From the NCBI GenBank assembly GCA_977030845.1, contig OZ365114.1:21080001-21144000 (forward strand): 64,000 bases of DNA, read 5' to 3'. Under the pieces are notes generated by a model. It did no database searches. It was not told the origin of the DNA and saw only the letters and a program-made list of their open reading frames with translations. Shown in pieces: positions 41,075-53,500 of this stretch (its first letter is position 1; every line of letters begins with the position of its first letter). Source of the stretch: Fimbriosthenelais zetlandica (taxonomy: Eukaryota). Position numbers and translations under genes: made by a program.

Positions 41075-44000
41075 CAAATGATTCTCCATTTGAGCACATA
41101 TCATCAATGATATGCTGCTGTTGTACATTTTATCTTCGCCTTCCGTCCATTCCATTAGACATGTCGAGAAAATAAATGAACTGAAAGTTAAATGGAACCC
41201 TCAGTATGGTACTTGGTCAGTGGATTAAAGGCTTAACCACACAATGGGCCCAGACATCCAAAGCATCCAAGATAATCTACCAACCAACTGATCAAAGGCA
41301 AATCAAGCGACCAAACCTGCCCCAGCGAATCAGTTCCACGAAGGAGCTTCTATTGGATATGGGTAGAAAGGGACAAATTTCAAATTAACAAAATAATCAG
41401 CTGGGTTTTCTAACTCAAAAAACAGCCATTCAATGACAAAAGCAAATGCAATTCGTTTGCTGGTAAAAAGCCTCAGCATGCATAAGAGCCTTCGGATTGC
41501 TGGCAGATCCCTGTTGTTTTTACTCCCTATCCAATTACATGATACCAAAGCTAACAGCTGAAAGCCAAAACCGAGCCCTTTGGAAAGAAATAAACTAATT
41601 TCCCTGCGAAAAGGGGCATAAATTGAAAGCCAGTTAGGAGAATCCTGTGGTCAATTCATATTAGGAAAGTTTGCTTTAGGCTTCTATTCAAGGTCATTTT
41701 TTCATTTATGTACATCTTTTAAATAATTATGTTATTTGTGTTTAGAGTTACGTGAACACAAAATAAATATGTGAAGGCAGTGTTTCTGATATTTCTTCGA
41801 ATGTTTTGTTTCTTTTCGTCTTTGTATGGATATAGGATTGTCTTTACCTTATAGGTCATAGTGTTTGGAGACGATTGCCTCTCGTCAGCCTGCAACTTCA
41901 GGGCCACTTTTTCTCCCCCTAGCGGAGTGATTATCCCTTCAATACAGAAATAATCCACTCCACTGCTCATTCAGAACCCTTTGTCGAGCTAGTGTAACAT
42001 AATTTGATATTTCAAACACTAATCTGCTGGACTAATAATTTAGGACGGAGCAGTTTCTCTCATGGGAGAGATTCAGCAATCAATAGTTCATTGAAGTATT
42101 ATACAGGCTGAATTAAAATGATAGATAAATAGAAAATGAAACTTCTACCAATCAGAAAGGAAAACTCATAGACAATGATACAAAAGGATATGAATTCATA
42201 GATCTTCACGAAACAAAGGAGATGCAGAGTTTGCAGAAATATTTCATTGGTTCTGCTAATAGTTTTCAGCCTATAAATCCTTGAAATCATGGGGCATAAA
42301 TTTATGGTCTATACAAGGTGCTACAGCATAGATGCATGTTTCAATGATTTACAAAGGTAACACTAACATTTGTTTCAATAGCAACAGTCAAACACTTGAA
42401 TCGCAATTTAAAACAGAAGCAAGATCACCACTTCGTTCTATCAATTGATTCAAAGTAAACTCGTTCCTATATGACAACTCGTACCAAGCGAAAGTGAACA
42501 ATCCATTACATATAGATAGATAACTGTTGGCTTTTTCAGAGACTGATGTAAATGAGGTCGGAGCACAACAAAGTCATGTTCAGTGGGGCCCTTCATCCCG
42601 GATACCAGGATTTTGAATCTATTCTGGTAGTCTAGATACACGAAGCAAACTGTCAGCCATACTAACTTCAGGCATGCCATATGATATCCAACCATCACAT
42701 ATTTATTATCCGCCCTTTGGATTGTCATATGATAAATTATTTATGAAGCCGGAAAATGGACCTAGCCATTCCTTTCATATCACAGAAGGGAGGAGTTGTA
42801 GATGAACTCCATTCATAGATTTGACGACCTTCTCTCATAAAACCTGTGTGTTATACAGTCCTCTTGCATTCTAACTGCCAAGTGTTGCTATAAACTAAAG
42901 AGAGTTAATGAAAGACCAAAGGAAATAGGAGTCTTCCCTGCCATTGCAGGAGCAACTCTGAATAGAATAGATCTCATGGTGCTAAAATTCTGAATATAAC
43001 TCCTACATCCTACATACATTATTCCTAGGCACAAGCTCTTTTTCCTAGAAGTCTGTTCTCTAAAATTAATCCAAGTATTGTCTAATACTCCATTCACAGA
43101 TAATCATGAACTTTAGGCTTACACTTGGATAGTGAACCTGATTTCTAACAAACATTGTCATAACAAATCTGCACTCATTCCATTCCATATATTGCCTGTA
43201 AAGCAGGATACTTTAAGATAGTAAGATTGGAATGAAGATTTTGTGTATTCAGCACACACTACATGCCCATTAGTGTCAAGATTCCAGCCTTTATTCAGGG
43301 TTTGTGGGTTGTCCGCGGCATCCTACAAACTGCGAGGCATTGAATGATCTCAAGCCAGAGCTCTGACAAATTATCTGTTAACCCTACAACAGATACCGAT
43401 GCCCCCAGGTCAGGCAATTCTCCGCCCAATAAACACGCAGTATCCTTGTTTGCACCCTTCACTTCATTGCACAGTCTATATCAACTTCATCAACGCCTCA
43501 GCCCCGATTTAACTTTCTGGTCATGCACGGGTATGACTCAGGAACCCACAACCTGCTTAGACATTTCATAATTAACATTTAAAAAATGTAAATTAGGGTA
43601 TTCATCCATAATTTGACACCCTCAAGCTGATTCGTCTAAAAAAGGACTGGAATGGCTTAAAGGCCCTGATGCATGATGTATTGTGCTCGAATACGACAAA
43701 TAAATAGTTACTTCGTGACATGATTTGGGAATAGAGATGTGGGTAGATATCAACAAATATGTTGCTTATTCAAACATCATATATTATTTAATATAAAAGC
43801 ATGAACCCCAATGCTTATAAAGATGGGTATGGACCATTTACAAACATAGCACCAGAGACGTTCTTATAGTAGCATCCAGAAGAAGCACTTAACATTGGTA
43901 TGACCTCTGAGAAACTCTCACAATTTACACCTTTTATGTCGGTAATCAATTTACGTGGCGGAAACCAACGTTTGGGTTAGATATAAATTTATTTACCCAG

Positions 44001-47000
44001 GTTATTCCAGCACCATATTTCATTCAAAATGGGGCTTCGCACATGGCACGGTCATTCCAATCTATTGTGCCCATTCTGAGGGCCATCGGACCATTCATTT
44101 ACGGCAAGTTCAGAGAAAAGAGGGATTCTGACCAGCCTTGATCCATTCACACAGCAGTCGGCGGCTAAATGTATTTCCACAGCTCATAAGGTAGACCATT
44201 AAAACGCTAGACCACTGAGAATCTTGGCAATAAGTTCCAGTCAACGAGATTTACTAACATCAGGATCGAACGGCTGGCCTTTGTGGCAGCAGACTATAAT
44301 GACTCTGGGGCGCTGAGTGCATATAGCTGGAGATAGTGTGTGGGGGAAGAGAAGAACGCGTGTGATTCTCAGTCCCCATTGTCAACTCCGGCAAATCCAT
44401 CCATTGAGGAAGGAAATCCTCCTGAGAATGCCTTCCTCAGTTGAGGCAATAATGCAATGTAACTAAGGGAGAAATATTGGAGTGACGCCCACCAAAACAA
44501 TGATACATACAGGCATGGAACAATTTGTATGGTCTTTTAAGGGTACATATTGTATATTCATTTCCATATCCTATATACTTACTGATATCTAATAGGCCTT
44601 ACAAGATCATTCAGTAGTATGTAGTATAACCCTCTAAAAAAACTAAAATCCACCTTGAATCACTGGGCCATCTCTGGGCTATAAAGTGCCATAGTATATG
44701 ACCATCATATATAGTTTATACACCGGTAAGGTAATGATTGCTTTTACACAACCATTAAACCCAAAGAAACCCATCAGCAAGAAGAAGAGCTTCACTGCCT
44801 AATTGGATTTAGGATGTGGATACATGAAAGGAAGACAGAGGGATCATGAAAGGTAAGGATTTAGGGGGTGAGAAACACGTGAGGCACATCTCTGAGACCA
44901 CATCCCTTAAGCAAGAAGAATCATGCACTCCCCAGGAGAAGGAAGATTTCTGACAGGCGGAGACACGTGTCTTTTCCCATCCTCAGGCTCTAACTTAAGC
45001 AGAGCCTACAAAGAGGATGAGCATTGACTCTATATTATGATCATCTTATTCACCCAGGCATTGTTCATTTGTAGATGAAAAACATGATGTACAGTTGCCA
45101 GATGTTTCCTATCGACCATGTTCTTCGTATATATACGACTGAGGAAATAAAAGCTGTCAATATAATCACAAATGTAAGTGAGCAAAGAAAATTGGTTTTC
45201 AACATCATTGGGGAGCATAATTATCACTATATTACAGTACCTACTCTACCTTGCCAGTGTGATTCATCTTACCCTCAACTATATTCTGTAAACTCAGGTC
45301 CCGTACGTTAGAAACATGCCAACTCAGCCAGACTGTCTTTTCCTTAGCAGGCATCCTCTTCCTCAAGGAGGCATTGTTCAGACCACTTGAAGGAGGGACT
45401 TGGAAGTTGAGTCAAGATTTCGAGATAAAAACACCTAAGGGCCCCTGAAGATCCATAGTTATTAGGCACGGGGCTTACAGTGCATTACCCAGGCTATAGT
45501 AACATAAGCCAAGGAGCCGGTATACCATACAATATTGATATCCTTCTGCTCCTGTGGCTTCAGATGAATTTACTCAAAAAAGTCCCTATTGGTAACAGGA
45601 AGACATTCTATAACTTCAAGTGGTGTTCTCCAAGATTCGCCAGCCTTTATAATCCCCAGCGTCTGAAGTAAAGGAGGACAGTTGGGCTTAATATTAGCGA
45701 CTTCAGGACGCGGAATGTCTTGAAGGTGTTACTCCGACATTTATCAATGATCATACCCAAAACAGTTCTTTCCTTTTCAACCAATGCAAGGAACGCTTTA
45801 GCAACGATTTCTTGTATAATTATACTGAAGATGTCTATAAATGAGGCAATACAAGTTTCTGTATTTACATTGCACGGGTCCAGAAATGAATCCATCCATT
45901 CATTCATCCATTAAAGGGAGAACAGACTTTTTATCAGGACTTCCATCCCATTGTTCCATTTCCAAAGCAATTGTTACAAAATGCAGTTAACGGAATTGTC
46001 TGGTGATTTGGCAATTTATCAATGCAAAAAAGCTCATTGAACTTTTCCATAAAAGATCAAGCCAGACATGAGCATTTGTCAAATGAAGTGAAGGAAAACA
46101 TTCCCTGGATATTTGATATTTATATAGGACTTAGACTAAATGAAAATCTGTTTATTACCGTCATTGACATTGTTCAAAGGTCGACTGTTAAGAGTCAAAG
46201 TGCCCCCTTATAGTGATTTCAGGCGTCAGCAATCATAGAAAACCTCCTCAAAATGATGAAAGCCTCTTGAGGAAACACTATCTATATTATTAATTAAATG
46301 ATTATTTTTTATATTCCATATGGATCTTTTTTATGGGTTGATCTCTCAGATGTCTTTTTTTATGGTGGCAGAGAGTAGAGACTTCCATTTTCAAAAGAAG
46401 GTGGGTGATGACAATTGATAGAAATTATCAGGGAACTAATCACCTATTCTGTCCACTCAAGTGGATTGCATGCCTTGAGTTTGATTGAAGGGGAAGGTTT
46501 CTGTTTAATCGAGGTGATCTCGAGTCAAGCTCGAAGCCATCTGTCTTTTCATTTGCAGTATGAAGGTTGAGGGCCGAGGGTTAGTACTGGTCCTCCCGGC
46601 TGACCAGTGGAGCGACGTGTGGAATTGAATCAGATTAACCAGCGGAAACGGAAGTGAAGGCCACTGATGAGGGATCGTTGCTTATTGCTTTCTGGACACT
46701 CCAAGAACTACCATTCAACGACAGTACGGTTTGTGGGGTGATTATTATAAGCAAACCTCCTTTGATGCATTTCAACTGTTATCCTACTCCAAAATTAATT
46801 CAACTATCATCTCATAAAAGTGTTTAAAATTGATAAAAAGTTGGCAGAGCAAGGAACAGCCTCAGAACATAACAGACGTTACAGGCAATCGAGTGCCTGC
46901 CAGTCAACAGTACCTAAACGATAGCATGAATAAAAAGCCGACAGAAAGAATTCTCTGGCATGAGGAGAAGGCGTAAAAGACTTACAAAAAGTGGAATTCA

Positions 47001-49177
47001 ATGGATATGGTTTTTCCTTCCAATTAGCCTGGCGTTCTTTTCTCTGACATAAAGTATTTATTTATTGCTCGGCACATGCTGAGTATGTACTAGTGGCTTA
47101 TTTTATGCGGAGCAATGCTATAATGTTATTTTTTCCAAATGGTCGTCAGCTGTGCAATCATATTGAGGATAAGATTCTTTAGAATGAAAAAATGTCTATT
47201 TAGCTGGCTTTCATGTAGGAGCATGATATAATATTATAAACAAAATATGTAATATGCTCTGGAATCTATCACATTTAGACTTCTTATATTCTAGGACACT
47301 TCCTGAATACAGGGAAGAGAAATTAATAATTTACCTAGAACTGTCATGTTGCCATATTGATTAATTAAACAAGGAATATTAATTCCTTCTACCGTCTCAC
47401 ATCTGGTACGCATCCATCTCTCGACTAAGCTCCAAAATAACAAAGCTTTGACAGGACATCTGCTGATATGCCGGATCACAGGGGGCGGCATATTCTATGA
47501 AAGAACGTAATGAGAATGAGAGAGCAGAGACGATGGTTCTCAAGATGTTAGAGAAGGATTTTTCACAGATAAAATATTCAGAGTTGACTTGTTATGTGAA
47601 ACTTTCTCCAATGTTTGCCACCAAGCCTATAGGTGCTGGTGGGGGTTAGAGGTTCGGGTGTGTATATTGTTAGACTGCCCTGCCGCTCAGCACAGCACCT
47701 GATAAGATTAAGCTAACACAATGACTTGTTTCGTCTCCTCTAGCTGCCCCTAGGTTATGAATTTAATGGCAGTCCGGCAACCTGGCATCTTTGTCCACCA
47801 GCCCTGCCTAGATTTGATTTTGCTCCCGCAGCACTTCGGTGTTGAGTGCATGTAAGCTCTGTGATGCCAGATGTCCTCTATATTTTGTTCTCGTGAAGAT
47901 ATTCTCATTTAATATTCTCCACAAGTTAAAAAGGTGATGTGTTATGTTTTTTTAATTAAGAACATAGCTGGGCTAAAAAGTGCATTAGATGGAAACTCAC
48001 AACCAAGCATTTTTCAAGTGAAAGACTTCCTGAATAGAAAGTAGTCATTCCTCTCAACTAAAGGCTGTGGAAGAATAAATTACAATGTCTGTAAGGAGCA
48101 TTTTATGCACGACACCAGGCAGTTGATACAGGGGATATTTACCATAGTCATGTTGGTAGAAACCCTAGGGTCCTTCCATTGTCTCCGTGAATTAGATATC
48201 CTGCCTGATTTTGCATCTTTACTTTAACTTAGAAAGAGAAAGAAGAGGCCCATAAGAAGGCCTCTAGCCCAGACACTAAATCTATGAGTGGCTTAAAAAA
48301 TGGCCAAGCACGTGTGGTGAAATATTTGCTCTGTTGTAATGCCCGTTGGGATGGCTAATAAATATGGTGGGAGATGTTTAAACAAAGGAAAGTAGGAGAG
48401 GCTCATTTGGCGAGAAAAGGCATATCATAGTACACACAATACTTGGCCAATGAGTAGAAAAACACAGCACGTTTTGGATATACTTTAAAGGGACTTTTTG
48501 TCAGCCTACCCCATTTACTGATTGATGGTTCCATTTAATAAGTGTTTTCTATTTCACAAATGTATTAGGGTTCTACGGCAAAATCAATCACTGTGCATTG
48601 TAGTGAAACCCCTTAATGGATGTAAACTTGGTGCATGCATTATACATTGTATGTCAGGGTGAAAATTAAAAGCAGGTGTAAAGGACACCAATTAAAACCA
48701 CCAACATTTTGTGATCGTCAGACTGCACCGCTCCAACACTCATTATATTTTAACCCCAGCTGAAAAACAGGTGGCAATTTAAATTGCTTTTTGGTGATAG
48801 TATATATGCCGCAAGAAAATTCATTGCAATAAAATCTGGACAAGCTCTGAAAGGGGTCCGAAGTTGGGAACATTAGTACAACAACTTTTCAGGCAAGTGA
48901 ATGACTAGTGAGGTAAACCAGGTGGTTTCATCATAGTGAAATATTTTTGTCATGGGAATCAAAGTGGCTTATATCTCTTATTTTGGAGGGTGGCTTGGCG
49001 CTTAATTGAGTTCATTGAACATGATGTATGAGAGGAAAGACACTGAGCTGCTCTGTATTACTGCCTAGTCCGTAGCAAGTGGCCCTCGGGTGATAGGAGC
49101 ACCGGGGTCTGAGCCGTACACCCAAAATATTTCTGGTTGGAAATTTAGTCTCTTTGACCAGCTTATAGGACGACAAA

Positions 49178-49223
49178 CAGCAATGACTTCTTCGTGACTG
49201 CAGCAATGACTTGTTCGTGATTG
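49178..49223. repeat. 23-bp tandem duplication with 2 mismatches
   Basis: CAGCAATGACTTCTTCGTGACTG (49178-49200) is followed by CAGCAATGACTTGTTCGTGATTG (49201-49223). Confidence 0.9.
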
Positions 49224-50519
49224 TGTATAATATGCTACATGCGCTACACCAGGCTTGATTTGGGGGTTTTGTGTGTAACATATAAGAGCAGGTGCTTTCA
49301 AATATACATTTGTATTACTCAACACGTTCCAAAACCTGAGGTGGGATTCAGTGAAAATGCCTTGGACAGCCCGACGATTGAACTGCCTACTGCTATCACT
49401 GTTAATTTTCCCCTTAAAGGAGCTGATGTTCTGACCAGCTGAACTACACCACCGTGCAAACGCCGGGTGGATTTTCTGTGTAAGCCCTCCAGACCTCCAA
49501 TATCCCTGCCTCTTATCCATAACTAGAGAACTCTCAGTCATACCTTGCCTCATACATCATAACATAACCATGATAAATATGGCGAGTGATGTGATTCCAG
49601 ACCATATTACAACTAGGCAATGGACTGTTGATCACAAACACGGTCAATTAATGCAGCAAAAAATACAGTTTGTGTCCACATCTTTAAAAGTATAATGAGG
49701 TATGGTACTTTTCAGAAGTCATGGCTGCTTTGATTGTATTTCATAGAGAAACTACCAAAGTACTGTTCTCCTTGGGACACTGCTGTTGCTAGTCAAAGGT
49801 TAGTTGAGAACAAGCTAGGTTAGTTGGATATTGTAAGGTGATTTACTAACTGATACCCTGTAACAAATCTAGTTAATTAAAGTGCCGTATTAAGCATTCA
49901 TTTATAAATATAGCATCATTCATTTCTACATTCATATTGTAGTATCAAGCGTTTCTTTCTGTAACCTTGGCACTTCTGATATGAGAGATCCAGCCACAGG
50001 AGGCAATGAAAGCACCATCTTGACTCTTCCCGATCTAGAGATTGAGAGAGACACAAAGTCTGAATGGTTTTGAGTTAAGGAGTTGGTAACAATGTAACGA
50101 TGATTGTAACAAGGTCCCCATGGTAACATTGAGGCCTTTGAGGACGCGGAATTAAAGCCATGGACCACGATCCCCTCAGCTCTTTCCTAACAAACAATTG
50201 CTTTGTCTGCCGCTATGATCATGATCGATGGGGGCGGTGTCTCTTCCTCTCCGCAGACTCGTTTTTTTACAACTTTTGAGGGACATCACAGGAAGGAGCT
50301 GCTTGTGAGCATGCGCAATAAACACCCTGGACAGCTTCCGCTGTAGTTGAGAGCCTTTCCCGCGTTGACGAGGTCTAGGTCGCCACTCGTTTATAACGAT
50401 AAGTCGAAGTTGGAGGAGAGAGAGCAACGACATTTATACGCCTGGGTCGGGTTAAGTGATCCGCCAGTTCTGCCATCACTCACCGGCCAATGGAGCAATC
50501 TCAGCACCCCCTGTAAACA

Positions 50520-50532
50520 GCCCCCTGGTGGC
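50520..50532 (-). promoter_or_regulatory. Candidate CTCF site
   Basis: GCCCCCTGGTGGC on plus reads GCCACCAGGGGGC on minus, matching the canonical CTCF core CCACCAGGGGGC. It sits inside a CpG-rich patch. Sequence match only. Confidence 0.5.
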
Positions 50533-53500
50533 TGTGATCGGCTTAGGTCCCTGGTCTAGCCGGTCATCTATGGATCATCAGCAATCGGCAAACATGTCGT
50601 TGGAGGCGTGAAGTGCCCTTTTCTGCATGCTGCTACAAGCTGACGACCCTCGACTAAGAGGGTCTTGGCATAATTGCTAGGTGAGCTCTGGCCTGGCCAG
50701 TTCCTCGTCCCTGGCTCCAGCATCCAGCCTGATGGGCCAGTTTGCACTGGTCACCTTTGACCTAGGACCTTCACACAGGTCGCTGGCTTCCGGCCGTGTG
50801 TGGTGACAAGCACTAGTGAGAATAAACGCCATCTATTTGCTGCCTCACACGTCTGATCAAAAATCTACTTTCCTCCACTTCCAATAAGCCGCGCACGTTG
50901 CTGTGAGACAAAACTGGTGCTCCAGGGAAAGAGCAGGATGTGCTGGAATGTTTAGCTTTAGCGCCTTTTTACAGCCCATAAAGATAAATGATCTTTGCCT
51001 CTTTGGAAGAAAAAAACGCCCATAGAATATTCTTTAGAAGAAAAACTCCAAAGATGGGCAGTATAAAGCTCTGGTTTCCAGATAGGAGTATCCTGGAAAA
51101 TGTTGAGGGAATTGCACTTCATGCGTACACCTTTTTGTAGGACAAGGAATAGTCCAAGGCACAACTGATAAGACGTCTCGTTTCTTGATCTGTGGGTTTA
51201 GACTTATAAATTCCCCATCAAAATGTGAGCCTTCCATCTGTCGTTATCAATATACATGGAGAAATTAGACAGGAAACAACTGGATACAGATAGACATTCA
51301 AAGCAAAAAATGTGAAATGAGGGGATGTATCTGTAGGCTTTCTGACGATCAATCTTAAATGTGCTCTGACTGCATGATGGCATCTTTGACTGGTCAGACA
51401 GTCTAAATGTTATAGATAAGAAATTTCTAATAATATAATTATAAAATGGAACATTCTTCTCTACAACTGTTTTGGTGGATTTTTTTCCCTTCAAAAAGCA
51501 CCTCCCCTTCCAATGAATCTAAAGCATCCAGAGCAGCTCTCTGTGGAGAAAGGACTTACGACTGGTGCATTAATGATTCAAGGCAACGCCAAGAGGAGGC
51601 GTGTGAGAGGCACCACATTAGAAGCCAGGTTTGTCCATGGTTAAAAGAGGCACTATGGATCATCTCTCTAGCCATGCTTTATGAATATCACTTCTAAGTC
51701 CCTTCAAGAAATTGATATGAACAATTAAACTGCCTTTTTCCACTTGGTCTGAGAGGAAATTGAGACCATCCTTCAAGATGCTTGCCATTTGCAGAATGGA
51801 TTTGGACACAAAGAGAGTGTCTGGCTTGTGTTGGGCTAATCCTGGGGTGCTGGAGGCTGTGAAGGGAGAGAAAGCCATTAGAGGGTGCTGTTGATCATCC
51901 TTAAATTTCCAGGCTAAAGATGGCTCATCTGGAAACTAGAGAAGTGTCAGTAAAAACATCAGTGCCGGCAGGCCCACCTTCTCCTTGTCAACTCTCTCCG
52001 GGCATTCTTTCGTCTTAAACAAGAATTTCCAAAAAACTTTGGGGTTAAATGCACCAGATGGGTTTGGTGCCTTTTTCCCTGTTAGTCAGAATTACATCCA
52101 TTCTCGACATACATATGTATCTGCAGGCATGTGAATATGTGGACAAGCAGGAAAATGGCAAAGTTTTGCTAACTTGCTGAGCCAAGTGTCGGTTTTATAT
52201 CAGTGGATCAAACATCGAATGATGAAAGCTCTCACTTTTGTCGTGGTCCCGCCTTTCCTCCTCCCCGCCTCCAAAATAAGGAAATGACACTCATTAATCC
52301 GCTGATCCCGACCACCTCCCCGGCCACACTTAATTCCCCAGCTAATCTCCCCCTCTTTCATCTTCATTTGATCTTTAAAGATGCACGTGTTGCTCTATCT
52401 ATTGCTTACTTGCAGTCATGATTTTTGTTTTTTATCACTAGTCGCTTGACAAATGTCATTTAAAGTAGGCCTTTCTCTGCTCTCCCTATCATCACGTTTG
52501 ATTTGGGCTTGTTGGGGGGCTGTATTTGGAGATATCAGATCCTTTTCGACCTCTTCCCAGACTAGACATTAGCAGCAGACGCTGCTATTTTTCCATTGTG
52601 CTTAAATTAACAAAGTCTGCTTCCAAGAGGCCTTTGTATGATGTTTTTAAATGCAAAATCAAACACATTTGTTAGAACTAATCTGTTCTAGGTTTCTTGG
52701 AAGTAAGCACTTAAACACCCCCTCCTTTTAATGAATACCATGTTGCAAATTTAGATTCTCCCAACTTTTTTTAGAATAGGCAATTATTGTACATGTTCCA
52801 CACACGAGATTGAGCTTGAGAGAGAGTGCGGATTTGGCATGCATCCGCATAATGTGAGAACTGTTAATAGATCCCAATCCCAGCACCTGGAATGATTTTG
52901 CAACCAGCTTCGAATAAAACCAAAGCGATGCCTGGAAGACCTGACCGTCCCGAGGGCTTGCCTCATAAAACTTGCATGTCAGTAATCATTGTTTCCTAAT
53001 AAAGTGGGAGTCCTCAACTCATTGGAATTAAAGGCATTGTCCTGAAATGGGACAATTTCTGATGATGATGAGACTTCTTACACTGATAATGGTCTTTCAG
53101 GGTAATTGGTAATGGATTAACCCTCGTGACCTCCTGACTGACAGGATTTTACACATTCATACTCTCCTCCTCTTCCATATTGGTCCAGTAATCAAGCAGT
53201 TTCAATGGATTTTGAAGCATACTCTGGAATCCATAAGCCTCTTTGACCGAGTCCATAATTGAAAAGGAGCTCCCCCGCCATACTACTTGGCCATAAACCA
53301 ACGTTTCATAAAGAATTTCAAATTAAAATGCCAACCAGTATAATGGACAACAATAAGGGTCGATAATATACTAGATATCCGTAAAACAATGGGGTCAGTG
53401 CATCAACAATTGTTTAGCCAGTGGTTGTGCAATTAATCATCGAAGTGGAAAGGGAAATATATAAAGTGATATTTTAAAACACATTAACTTCCACTTCATG

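Noticed and set aside
40765-41175. 136-aa plus-strand ORF with a TRSTSKA repeat
   Set aside because: The repeat comes from a 21-bp DNA duplication, and the rest has no recognisable features.
44255-44340. B-box-like GTTCGATCC on the minus strand (possible tRNA or SINE)
   Set aside because: No A-box at a suitable distance and no cloverleaf pairing.
48485-48616. TTAAAGGGAC...AAACCCCTTAA segment resembling a TTAA-flanked MITE
   Set aside because: The terminal inverted similarity is only about 5 bp beyond TTAA, too weak without genome-wide copies.
49065-49553. 162-aa minus-strand ORF
   Set aside because: No recognisable family or GABA-B similarity, no clear splice boundaries, and it spans a 23-bp tandem duplication; compatible with chance.
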